Assembly (NCBI GenBank): GCA_004431415.1
Contig: QPMI01000398.1
Location: 1 to 64,000, forward strand
DNA: 64,000 nucleotides
DNA from: Cyanophora paradoxa CCMP329
Lineage: Eukaryota > Plantae > Glaucophyta
Direction of reading: 5' to 3'
Position numbers and translations under genes: made by a program. Below are positions 1-10,600 of this stretch, in pieces. The first letter of the stretch is position 1, and each line of letters opens with the position of its first letter. Below the pieces are notes generated by a model. The model searched no databases. It worked only from the letters and a program-made list of their open reading frames with translations, and was not told the DNA's origin.

Positions 1-1194
1 TGACCGAACGTCAGCTCTCAAATATTCGCTCCAGGCTTCCTTGTGAATCTCAACGTCATCCCAAGCTCTTATCTTTCGGTGGTCAAAATCCCCTTTCAAG
101 GTGGTGCACCCGTAGTCCTTCCCAGCCTGCCGCAGTGAGCCCTGTATGTGCAAGCAGGGATCGAAGCTTTTAAACTCTCCCCCGGCCAGCGTCTTCCACT
201 CCATGCTCTTGATCTTTCCGGATGAGCGCATCACCTTGACCTGGCAGTCTGGGCGGTTCTGGACAAGCCACTTATAGATAAATATCAAGTCGAAGCCGCT
301 GCCATTGAAGAATACTAGAGTCGACTTTTCTTTCCAGTTGTCAAGCCAGAGCATAAACTGTTCCAGAGTTTCGGGGCCGCAGAACGATTTCGTTTCCGTG
401 ATCTCTCCTTTGCTAATTATGTCCATATCGACTGCGTACGGAACGTGGGTCGTGCGGTTGGGTGCAAACGTTTCAAAGTCTGCCGCTATGACTGAGTTTA
501 GGGCCGTAAACTCTTCCTCGGGCTGAGCGAGGGCATTCTGCGTGCGCATGCGCTCCTGTCGTGTAATGTTGATGGCCATCCAGCGTACGAGTGACGGGAA
601 TCCTCGGATGCAGTGGTTGCTCTCAATCCGAGCATTGGTCTCCTGTATTTCTTTCTGAAGCTGGTCGCGTCGCGTCTTGAGGGTGTTGCGATGTTCCCGC
701 GTCTCCTCCGACCGATTCTCCATCTTCCGTCCCTTCTCCTTGATATGTTCAGTGAGCGCTTCGCTTGCCTCGCGAAGCTCCTCCTTGAGCTTGGCGAGCT
801 TGCGAATGTGCGCGTGCGTGAACTCGATCATGTCGTGGGTTGAGGTCTGGTACTGTAATGGGATCGCCTTGGTCGCCATGGTCGCCGCCGCGAATGCGAG
901 TTTCGAGCCGTCGTCCGCGTCAGAGTAGCGCTTCGTGTCCGAGTCGATTGCGCGTTTGGCGTCGTCTCGCCAGGCGACGACACCTTGCGGTGTGAGCGGG
1001 TTGCCTGGACTGGTGATGTAGATGCCTCCGCCGCAGTCGATGAGGGTGGGCGCCTCCGTATGGGAGAGCGAGTTGAGGGCGTCGCGTTCTGCCGAAGCGT
1101 TGGCGTTGACCGCCGCGACGTCCGTGAGCTCGTGGAGGATGGAGTTGGTGGCCGCGCGCCGGCGTGGCGCGTCGCCGAAGTTCGTGGGATCCAT
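1..1194 (-). CDS. Chimeric ORF, open to the window edge: ~225 aa retroelement Gag N-terminus fused in frame to the 3'-5' exonuclease domain of a protein-primed family B DNA polymerase
   Basis: Manual translation from the ATG at 1194 has no stop down to base 1: MDPTNFG...QNALAQP|EEEFTALNSVIAADFET (ExoI)...LVFFNGSGFDLIFIYKWL (ExoII)...FDPCLHIQGSL...KGDFDH...EYLRADV (ExoIII). The junction at ~520 coincides with a drop in GC. Confidence 0.8.
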   Translation of the reverse strand, partial: MDPTNFGDAPRRRAATNSILHELTDVAAVNANASAERDALNSLSHTEAPTLIDCGGGIYITSPGNPLTPQGVVAWRDDAKRAIDSDTKRYSDADDGSKLAFAAATMATKAIPLQYQTSTHDMIEFTHAHIRKLAKLKEELREASEALTEHIKEKGRKMENRSEETREHRNTLKTRRDQLQKEIQETNARIESNHCIRGFPSLVRWMAINITRQERMRTQNALAQPEEEFTALNSVIAADFETFAPNRTTHVPYAVDMDIISKGEITETKSFCGPETLEQFMLWLDNWKEKSTLVFFNGSGFDLIFIYKWLVQNRPDCQVKVMRSSGKIKSMEWKTLAGGEFKSFDPCLHIQGSLRQAGKDYGCTTLKGDFDHRKIRAWDDVEIHKEAWSEYLRADVRS

Positions 1195-1453
1195 TGTGTC
1201 TGCTCGCGGCAGAGACGAGGGAGGCCGACGAGGGAGGGAGGCGGGGGCGATGTAGATCTCCGGCCGAGCTTCCACGCGGGAAGGCCAGCCAAGGTCTGAT
1301 GTCTCCGGGGCTCGCGGCGTCCGCAGCGCGGCGGAGGCGAGGGGGGGAACCGGGGAGAGGGCGGGGGTGGGGCGAGGGGGTCGGTTCGAGGCGCCGCACG
1401 TAGATCACCGGCCGGGCTTCCGCGCGGGAAGGCCGGCTGCGATCTGAGGTCTC
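520..1453. repeat. 934-bp near-identical direct repeat of 28448..29381 (gag 5' region and upstream repeats)
   Basis: Constant offset of 27928. About 4 substitutions seen; the two inside the coding part are synonymous. Confidence 0.95.
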
Positions 1454-1950
1454 GGTAGGCAGCACCGGCTTGCGAGGCTCGGTTGCTGAAGGGCGGTTTC
1501 TGGGGTGGTGCAGGCGAGGTCGCCCCCGTGGTCGTCCACGAGGTCGCCCGCGCAGTGTACCCCTCCCTCTCCCTCGATCTCCCGAGCCGCGAGTCCCGTC
1601 GCGCGTGGTGTTGCCGAGCGCGGGCGAGCTCCGCTGTTCCTCAGAGTGAGGTCCCGTCCGTCCAGGGGGGTCGGCCTCGGCGTGCGAGGGCGAGCTCCGC
1701 TGTTCCTCAGACGAGAGGTCGTCGTCGTCAGCATCGGAGAACTCCGCGGGGTCCACCTCGGAAGTCACGTCCTCGGCATCTTCCGTCACCTGCTCCTCTG
1801 GCTTGCGGCGGGCGCGTTGTGGTGGCGAGTTGGGCGAGCTACGAGGCTCGGCCAATGTCACCGGTCGGCGTCGCTTTGTTCCAGGTGCTGGTGGTGCCCA
1901 TGCGCGTCCGTCGAGGCCGGCGGCCGCGATAGATGTCGTAGGCTCGGTCG

Positions 1951-2826
1951 TCACGGGGACGAGCGTGCCGTAGATTTCTGTCGGGTCGTCGGGGTCGCCG
2001 CTGCGGGTACCGAGTGTCCGTGAGCCCCATTGGGCAGGTCGGTGGTGAGGTCCGATCCGTCCGCCGCTCCCGGCTCATAGATCGGATGCGTACGAGCCAT
2101 GCGCGACTCGAAGTCGGCAACAACGTTAGTCGAGCCCGGTCTGTACTCAATTGTGTAGTTGAAGCCTTGCATGACGAGCGCCGCGCGTGAAAGCGCTTTG
2201 TTCGCCAGGAGTTCTTGCGACTTCAACCACTGAAGCGGCGAGTGGTCCGTGCGGATGGTAAACGGGTGCCCGCAGTCGAAGTAGTGTCGCCACGTCTTGA
2301 CGGCCCACATGACTGCAATGCACTCGCCTTCCGTCGGGGAGCTGTACCGCGCCTCCGTGGCCGTCAGGGTTCGGCTGATGAAGGCGATTGGTCGTTCTCG
2401 ACCGTCAGAGTCTGTTTGCATGAGTGCCGCGCCCATTGCTCGCAGGCTCCAATCCGTGTAGATGATGAACGGTTTGGAAAAGTCAGGGAGCATGAGCACG
2501 ATGTCGTCGCACATGACCTTCTTGAGGTCTGCGAGTGCTTCGCTGGCTTCTGGCGTCCACTGGAGCTGCGTCGTGTCCGCTAGCTTCGCTGCGTGAATCA
2601 GGTCACGGAGCGGAAGCTCGCGTCGCGTGTAGTTGCGGATGAAGCGCCTGTAGAAACCCGTCATGCCGAGGAAGCTGCGCATGTGCTCGACGGTCTGCAG
2701 TTCTCGTTCGGTAATCTTGGAGATCACCTCCACCTTCTTCGTGTCCATGCGAACGCCCTGAGCGCTGACGCGGTGGCCAAGAAGGTCGATCTCGCGGACC
2801 ATGAAGTGACACTTGCTTGGTTTCAA
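1951..2826 (-). pseudogene. Truncated pol: RT thumb/connection plus Ty3/gypsy RNase H
   Basis: (LARGNLK)LKPSKCHF...LLGH, RSFLGMTGFYRRFI, PDFSKPFIIYTDWS, EGECIAVMWAV, RTDHSPL, EYRPGSTNVVAD. No YxDD upstream: the frame hits a stop near 2873 inside gag sequence. Confidence 0.92.
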
Positions 2827-3421
2827 TTTGAGATTGCCCCGAGCGAGCGCCGGCGGGAGGGGTGAAGCGGGTCAAGGCAGCAGGGACCGTAGGAGTCGAG
2901 GCAGCGTCGACGCGCGACGGTGTCAGAGTTCCTGAGGTCCCGACGGTCGAGGGCGCGCTCGTAGAGGAGGCGGGAGCGGAGGCCTGTGTCGTAGTAATCG
3001 CGGTCGTGCCCGTGGTGGCATCGTCGTGTGACGGCACGCGGGAGGCAGCGACGGGGATGGTGGGGACGGCGGCTGCAGCTTCGACGCGCGAGGGTGCAGC
3101 CGTCGGGAGGGTCGGGGTTGCGGCGTCGGCGTGCGACGGCGCGGAGGTAGTCGAGGAGGGGACGAGACCCGATTGCAAGGCCGAGATTGCGGCGTCGACG
3201 TGCGACGGCGCGGTCGGGGCGTCGGGCATGGGCTCGTCATCGAGGGGCACGGAGGGCGGCGGGGGGCAGGTCGTGTAGGAGATGCCCATCGTCGCCGGCG
3301 GGCGCGAGGCGCGGGTCGCGGCCTGGAAGGGGACGCCCTGGGGCTGCGTCGGGGCGCCGCCGCGGCCGCCGCCACCGCCACCGCCTCGTCCACCACCGTA
3401 GCCACTGCCGAAGCCGCCGCG
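2603..3421 (-). pseudogene. C-terminal part of the interrupted gag ORF (RGG tail plus Ala/Pro/Thr-rich PSHxDAA repeats)
   Basis: Removing the element and one TSD joins ...PSGGRG (right flank) to GFGSGYGGGRGG... (left flank) in frame. Confidence 0.85.
3416..3421. repeat. Left target-site duplication GCCGCG
   Basis: Identical hexamer at 26948..26953, directly outside both TIRs. Confidence 0.95.
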
Positions 3422-3967
3422 AAAAAATGAGAGAGAGCCCACCGCGGTGGCCCACCCCTCTCCACCACCCCCATCCCCTCACCCCCTCGCTTACTGCACC
3501 AGCCCTAGCGTCCACCCCACTCTCCCTTCAACCCCGCTCTCTCGTTACGTCTACCCCGCTCTCTTGTTACGTCTGCCGGCCTTTTCCCTAGGTCAAAGCC
3601 TAGCAATAGCTCATGTCTATTCAAGACAGTGCTATCAAGTAGAAGAGACGAAGAGGAGCGCGGCCCCCTTGAGCGCGGTCTGCAGAGCAACGGGGCAGAA
3701 TAGGCTAGACGATATTAATGTGTACAGAGAAGCTAACTGAGGAAACACGTTCAGCGCTAGCTATGCGATAATGATGTGTACAGCGAAGCTAACTGAGGAA
3801 ACGGGTTCAGCACTAGCTGGGCGTGTTTACAGTCTGGAGGGAACGTGAGGCACAGCGCGGGCGAGCTCTATCTAGGCGCTTGGCGCAGCGTCGCTGCTTG
3901 TCTGCGACCAGGGGCGACCTCCCAAGCGGTACGGGCCCCCAGAGCGGTCTGGTGCGGCCTCGGGAGA
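3422..3967 (+). repeat. Left terminal inverted repeat (546 bp)
   Basis: Starts AAAAAATGAGAGAGAGCCCACCGCGGTGG. It is the reverse complement of 26401..26947; the one difference seen is a homopolymer indel near 3665. Confidence 0.96.
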
Positions 3968-4124
3968 GAGAACAAACGCGAAAGTGCCTATAGCTAGGCC
4001 TGCGCCTGCGCCTGTGTCAGAGCCTGCGCCTGTGTCAGAGCCTGCGCCTGCACCTGCGCCTAGCTATAGGCCTGAGTCTGCGCCTGCACCTGCACTTGAG
4101 CTTGTGCCTGCGCCTGCGCCTGTG

Positions 4125-5101
4125 CTATCAAGCAAGCTCTTCTCTGTACGTAACGACATAGCTATCGCTCTTGCTGCAGGGATTCTGTCCAACGGTCCCT
4201 GCATGTGCTTCGCGTTCTGCCGCTGACTCGCAGCTCTGCCTAACGCCGACTCGCGGTAGCGCTTCTTCTTTGCTCGCTCTTTCTAGATCTCGGATGCAGA
4301 GCAGCAGTGCTGAGATTGCGCGGCGCGCGCGCTGAGCATGCGGAAGCTTCCAGGATCCAGAAGCTGCGCGGGACCGGCGCGAGACACACTCTATAGAACT
4401 GAGAAGCTTCCTAAACTTCCAGGTCGTCACATCCGATCGAAGCTTCCAGACTCGTCCTTTCGGTGCAAGCTAAAGCCCCAGACCAAGCCGTCAAGCTCAA
4501 GCCGGCTAGAGTGAACGTCTTTGGGCGAAACGTTCAAAACCTCGGAACTGCTGCGAGGCCCGGCGCTCAAAGCTCAATTTATCGTTTTTGCGCATCGCAC
4601 ACAGTATCCAAACGCTTTGGCCGGCGCTCGGTGCGCTTCTGTGCAGAGATCAAGCTCGGCTAGCCACCCTCAAGCTGAGCCGGCTAGGGAGAACGTCTCA
4701 GGTCAAAAGCTCGGAACTGCTGCGGCGCCCAGCGCTGGAGACTTGTTTTGTCATTCTTCTGTATCATAGTTAGTATGCGTACGCTTTGGCCGGCGCCCGG
4801 TGCGCTTCTGTGCTGAGGTCAAGCCGCCATACATTTTAGTCGTCAAACCCGACGATTAAAGATCTCATCAACGCTGCGGCGCCTGAACGCGCTTGCTGCG
4901 GATTTCGTAATTATAGATCATGAAACTATGGCATACACAGCGGCTGGGTCCAAATCGATCTCTGTCATGAGAAACCATGGTAATCTGGGTCGAAACGTTC
5001 AGTCCCGTAAGATTGGCTACTGTAGTGTAATAAGCACTGCTATAAATCGATTTTAAATGCATTTGCGTATGCTTTTTAATCACCGCCGCAAGAGCGCCAA
5101 C
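4125..5101. repeat. Diverged sub-terminal inverted repeat (partner ~24878..25735)
   Basis: Collinear inverted blocks, e.g. GTCAAGCCGCCATACATTTTAGTCGTCAAACCCGACGATTAA and TTTAAATGCATTTGCGTATGCTTTT, separated by diverged spacers. Confidence 0.88.
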
Positions 5102-5211
5102 AAACAGCTGTTGTAACGGGGCGGACCCCCCCGAAAGTGCACCGCCACCCTCATAGTGCACTGCATGCGGCCCCCGTTGCTTGCACGCGGTCTGGTGCGG
5201 CCTCATTCCAC

Positions 5212-5547
5212 TTAATCTGGCTGCTTTTCCGAAACTGGAGTCTTCTCCTTTCTGAAACTTGATAGCAAGGACTTTTTTCTTTTCAGTGGCTTCGGGATAT
5301 CTGGGGGAGGCCACGACAATCTTCGGCCTTCAGCATCAAGCCAAGGTACAGGTGAGTCAGTTCGAGTAAATGGAGAATTGGACCTAGAAGTCCTGGGTGT
5401 GTTGATAGGCGATACCTGAGTTTCTGGGGTGCGAGAGCCTTCTGTGTCTGATATTTCGAGGTTAATGGTCGTCTCGCAGCAACTACAATTCAATTTGCTG
5501 GTGACGTTGAGATGGAACATATCCATGAATTTTCGAAGCAAATCCAT
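5212..5547 (-). CDS. Viral hypothetical protein, 111 aa
   Basis: ATG in an AT-rich context, co-oriented with the neighbouring gene block; no recognised motif. Confidence 0.55.
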   Translation of the reverse strand: MDLLRKFMDMFHLNVTSKLNCSCCETTINLEISDTEGSRTPETQVSPINTPRTSRSNSPFTRTDSPVPWLDAEGRRLSWPPPDIPKPLKRKKSLLSSFRKEKTPVSEKQPD

Positions 5548-5580
5548 CTATTATTGGAAAAATATAAAAAAACAAAGATT

Positions 5581-6414
5581 CTATGGGTTGGGATCAGCCC
5601 CTCCAATCGGGAAATAACGATTCGAATTGAAGGTCTCCCCGTACTTGACACCATTTGCAATCACATCTGTTCTTTCGGCAAATAGAATGATTTTGAAGGC
5701 GCCCATAAGCGTAGCCCTCACAATAAACTGGTAATCTTCAACCCCCACTGGAGTAGAATGGAAAGCGACACCAAAATTGTCAATAGGATTAATTAAAACA
5801 GCTATGTTTGGCCGGAGAGCATCGTTTCTCCTACAAAGGAAGTAGATATCCGGGGGAATATCAACAACACTCTTGAAATGATTTCCGAGTGGCTGAACGT
5901 TATCTACGATCGATGTTTGCTCATTTATGTTTAGCGTGAAGACTTTGATGATATAAGGCGAATTCATAGAAGGCACATAGGTTCGAATTCTTTCATTTAC
6001 GTTTTCAGGGTTGGGTTGATCATTAACAAATATAGGGGCACAAGCAGCTCCGCCCACTCTCAGGCCGTCTCCTATATAAGCACCTCCAAATCTGCAGGTC
6101 AAAGCTCCTATTCTTGATTCGTAGGTAAAAGTATTAACCTTGTTAGCGTCGTCATAGCTATCAGGATCGCCATAATGCGCATTAAAATTAGCATTAGTTA
6201 CAAGGAGATTAGTCGTTTTAATAGTGCCATTATTTTTGTCACATCGAACCTCTCCTAAACGTAATATGTGATTGTCTCGGAAGGTGTTTAGAGTTGGCTG
6301 CTGCTCCGTTGATTGTAGGCCGGGCACATCATCTGAAACTGCATGCTGCAGGACGTGGTTGGCTGGAGCGGCGAGGGTCAACGATGGAACTACTATTCTT
6401 TCAACAGCTTCCAT
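5581..6414 (-). CDS. Viral hypothetical protein, paralogue A (277 aa)
   Basis: Aligns along its length with 6443..7291 (QHAVSD/QHEVSD, DKNNGTIKTTNLLVTNANF/DKNSGVVKTTRLLVTNANF). Confidence 0.85.
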   Translation of the reverse strand: MEAVERIVVPSLTLAAPANHVLQHAVSDDVPGLQSTEQQPTLNTFRDNHILRLGEVRCDKNNGTIKTTNLLVTNANFNAHYGDPDSYDDANKVNTFTYESRIGALTCRFGGAYIGDGLRVGGAACAPIFVNDQPNPENVNERIRTYVPSMNSPYIIKVFTLNINEQTSIVDNVQPLGNHFKSVVDIPPDIYFLCRRNDALRPNIAVLINPIDNFGVAFHSTPVGVEDYQFIVRATLMGAFKIILFAERTDVIANGVKYGETFNSNRYFPIGGADPNP

Positions 6415-6442
6415 TTTAGAAAACAGAAGATAAAACTTTCAT

Positions 6443-7291
6443 TTAAGGTATAGGATTTTCCGGATTGCCTTCCTCATACATATTATTCAGTGCTGGATCA
6501 ACGTTCAGCCCTCTAGTAGCCACTGATGCAGCCACATCGGAGCGATAGCCGATGATTAGGATAGAGTATCGGCCTATCGCAGTAGCATATAAATCGAAAA
6601 GGTGCCTTGTATTAATATTACGAACTACGTATCCCCGCCCAGCATGTCCAAGACCTTGCACAAAGAACGTATACACATGCCCTATCTGGTCATTTTGATC
6701 CTGACAGAGAGATTGTAATGCTTTAGGGATTTCTCTGTTTGAAAGCAACCTCTCACCATCCAGACCATTTGGTGTACTTGAATTAGCTATGGTTATTTCA
6801 ACTTCTACTAGAGCTTGTGCATAGGGAAGGTCACAGCAAGGTACATACATGCGAACTCGTTTACGATTTTCGACATTCTCTACTGAAAAGTCTGGGACAT
6901 CATTGATGGCAATCGATGATGATAGGCCCCCACTAACTCGGCAGGCTCCGGTAATAGCTGCTCCTCCGGAGCGCACAGTGAGGGCAGCAGTGTTTTGATC
7001 ATAGTTTATGCTTCGAAGGTCAACACTATATGAGTCAACTCCTCCTGTTATGGGCTGGGAGAAATTTGCGTTCGTAACCAGTAATCGAGTTGTTTTGACA
7101 ACCCCAGAGTTTTTATCTGCGCGTAATTCTTTACAGCGAATCACTGATCGCTGATCAAATGCATTAGTTGAGTTTGGACGCTCAGTGGACTCTAATCCAG
7201 CAATGGCATCGCTAACTTCATGCTGCCTCATATGGATTGCTGGAGAGCCCAGTGAGTAGATTGGTAACTGGACTCGGTTGTACTCGGTCAT
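6443..7291 (-). CDS. Viral hypothetical protein, paralogue B (282 aa)
   Basis: Tandem paralogue of 5581..6414. Confidence 0.85.
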   Translation of the reverse strand: MTEYNRVQLPIYSLGSPAIHMRQHEVSDAIAGLESTERPNSTNAFDQRSVIRCKELRADKNSGVVKTTRLLVTNANFSQPITGGVDSYSVDLRSINYDQNTAALTVRSGGAAITGACRVSGGLSSSIAINDVPDFSVENVENRKRVRMYVPCCDLPYAQALVEVEITIANSSTPNGLDGERLLSNREIPKALQSLCQDQNDQIGHVYTFFVQGLGHAGRGYVVRNINTRHLFDLYATAIGRYSILIIGYRSDVAASVATRGLNVDPALNNMYEEGNPENPIP

Positions 7292-7328
7292 TTAATAGAA
7301 ACGAAAGAGAAAAAATAATGTAGCAACG

Positions 7329-7637
7329 TCAAGCTGGAGTGATCAGATTTGATCCGAGAGCTTGATAGATAGTGGACAGGTTATGAAGTGACATCATCAT
7401 AGTTTTCAGGTTGGAGTCGAGCTCATTATATTTGCTGGCAGGATCACCATATGCCGATTGGGCAAGGACGTTAACCAAGAGGTTTTTATATTCATGAACA
7501 ACAGGGGACAGTTTGTTAGTTTGCTGAATCGTTTTTTCGACATTTTGTAGTGCAGCTACAAGTTTGATAGTATCGAATGCAAGAGCGACAGGCTCAGAAG
7601 TAGTAGAAGGAGATCCACCAAGTGGATAGGTCGCCAT
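7329..7637 (-). CDS. Viral hypothetical protein, 102 aa
   Basis: ATG three bases after the fibre stop codon; helical-looking sequence. Confidence 0.7.
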   Translation of the reverse strand: MATYPLGGSPSTTSEPVALAFDTIKLVAALQNVEKTIQQTNKLSPVVHEYKNLLVNVLAQSAYGDPASKYNELDSNLKTMMMSLHNLSTIYQALGSNLITPA

Positions 7638-7640
7638 TTA

Positions 7641-10600
7641 CTATACTGTGACATTTTTAATTTGGTCTATTTGACTTTGGAGATTTTCACATGTTTGTGT
7701 TAAATCTTTGCATTTCTTAGATAACTCTTTAACGGCTTCAATGAGAACTGGAATTAAACCTGTGTATTCAAGAGATAGGTAGCCATCGTCTTTTTTAACA
7801 TTAACTACCTCTGGTATTACCTTTTGAACATCTTGTGCAATTAAACCTAATTTTGTTCCGTCTTTTTCGCTTCCAATTCGTTTAAAACTTACTCCTTCTA
7901 ATCTCTCGATTGCTGAAAGAGCGCCGGTTATCTTTTTAATATCTGTTTTGTATCTTATGTCACTTCCTTGTGTTAAATACCCTCCTATCCACATCCACCC
8001 TCCATGATACATGTAACAAATATCAGTATCTTGTTCATTTCGGAATACAAGGGGAATATCTCCCCTTCCTTTCAGGTATGTAGAGGTGTTATTTCCAAAA
8101 TGGATACGATTATATCCATCACTGGAATTAAACCAAGTCCCCACAGTTCCTGTTAAGATATTTGGTTTGCTATAAACGTTATTCCAATGAATATAGCCGG
8201 TGTGACCGCCATAACTATGTCCAACCCAAATTTTCACGAAACTTATACCCATAATATGAATTCTTCCAATCTTTGGATATATCCGAATTCTTAAAAACCG
8301 ATTCCCAAGGAAGATAGGGACATTATTTAAGCCGCTGTGGTTGTTATCTGCTGATCCTGCATATGGATGGTAGTTATTGACAGTTGTTATGAAAATCGCG
8401 TTACCTTGTCTATTAATGCCCCAAATTTCGAAAAGTCGTGTGTTGCTCCAAGGTAAATGTGTTAAATATGCGGTGCCTGAATGCATTCCACTGGGTATAT
8501 TGTATTCAATCCAAGCGGTAGAAGTTTGGTCATCAGTTTCATTATTATGTGCATAACCACCATAACTATAATACGGATCCCATGAGGTGCCTGTCCCAAA
8601 TGTCCAACTTCCGGAATAGTTATATGGATCATTTCCCGCAACAGCGCCATCCTCTTCATAAAACTTTGGAATTGAATAACCATGTATTTGTAAATTTGTT
8701 GTAGCATTAATAGTGGGTGCTGTAATGGTATTATTCACCCAAAAGTTACCATTGTTATAAGACTTTAAAATTGCTCCATCTGCTGAGTTTCTGAATTCAA
8801 TTGACACACCATCACCATTTGGTCTCCCTCGTATATATGTGCAATCGCCACTACCAAACCAAATTCGCTCGACTGCATCTGTTGATTTTAACCATGTGTT
8901 AGTTGTCCATTTTGCTGTTGCTGGAAGGTCTGCGGCTGAGTAAAATGATGGTTTACTAAATATATTATCCCAACTTATCAAACCATTCGCGGGCGCTGTT
9001 CTACCTACTTCTTTTGTCCATCCAAGCATTCCGATATGAATCCGTCCTTTTTTTGCGAAAATTCCAATATGTGTGAAATTTCCACAAAATACGGATGTCC
9101 ATAATAAACTCGAATGCCACGCTGTGTCGGCTGTGTTTTGAACATTTTGATACGTATTAACTCTCATTATATAATTCCATCGACCATTGCGATATCCATA
9201 AGTATCGAAATATCGCCCATTCGTCCAACATAAATATTGAATGTGACATGTTTTCATTCCTGCTGGAACTTGACACTGCATATATCCACTGCCGCTTTCA
9301 TCGTCTGTTTGGTTGCAATAAAAACCCTCTACTGGGTTATCTGTTGTGGGTTTCCATCCTGTTGTCCAAGCTCCGGCTGGGAATGCTACACCTGTGCTAT
9401 TCCAACCACTCACCACATCAAACTCTGTATATTTGCCTACATCTGGTTTGAAAGCAATATTATCATAATGAACTAAACCAACATCATTATCTGTTGCCCT
9501 CTGTCTGCTCCAACCGAAAACCCCTGTAAGATGAATGCGACCTATTCGCCCTTGAACATAAATATACTTGTAAAACTCGCAATTAATTGATACAAACAAG
9601 ATAGTATTATTTGTCCCATCATGATTTACTGACTGTATTCCTTGATAATCGTTTACACGTTTTAAGAAATGCTGATTGTTATTGAGAGTCTGACCATAGA
9701 TATCAAAATATCTGCCATTATACCAAGGCATATGCTGAATATAAAATGATTTCATACCTGTGGGGACAGTCCACCTCATAAAACAACCGCTACAATCTTC
9801 ATCATTTTGTGGTGTTGTATAACATCCTGTTTGTCCTGTTCTTGGTGACCAATTCAAATTCCAATTATTTGCGCTTCTATCTGTCGAAACAGTATCTAAT
9901 TGGTCGAATTCGTAACCTTTCGGTATTGTGGTTCCGCCAATTTGTAAAGTGGTAGCGTTAACGGTTCCGGTGACGGTTCCACCTGTAAGAGGTAAATAAT
10001 TCGCAAGAGCCGTAGTTAATTCTGCATCCGTTGTGTAACTGCTTAAATCCGCGGTCGTAAGATATCCTTTATTGGTTAGGTAATCATCTGTGACCACACC
10101 TGAAAGGGTTGTATTGTGTAAGTTTTTCGCCGCCATTCTCTGATTGACTTCTAAGGCGCCACCTGATAACGTTTTAATCCACGCCATCTCACATCTTCCG
10201 TGATCATCTGTGGGTCGTCCGGCAAGAGGGACATAATTGAATTTTGAACGGGTAAATATAAGTTTGGGCCTTGATGCATCAGTAGCGCTTACATCTGTTA
10301 CGTTTATCTGTATGGCGGCGTCTTTATCATCATATGCTGCTGGATCAGATGGAAGAGCTGGTAAAGTCGATGTAAGAGTTATTTCGTTATCGTAATAACT
10401 TGTTAAATAAATACCTGGTTGAGTGTCCATTAAACCAAAATTTCCGCCTGCTGCAACTACCTGTGTTCTTGTAGGTGGACGAATATATAATTCACCTTCC
10501 ATAGTTGTGCCTGCATCTATTCCTTTTCGATTCACGTAATATGCACTTAATAGTAATCTTTCTGCGATGTTAATGTTTTGGTAGAGACTCACACCATTTG

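Noticed and set aside
520-1453. The 934-bp direct repeats as a pair of LTRs
   Set aside because: They cover gag coding sequence, lack TG..CA ends and a TSD, and the element continues beyond 29381.
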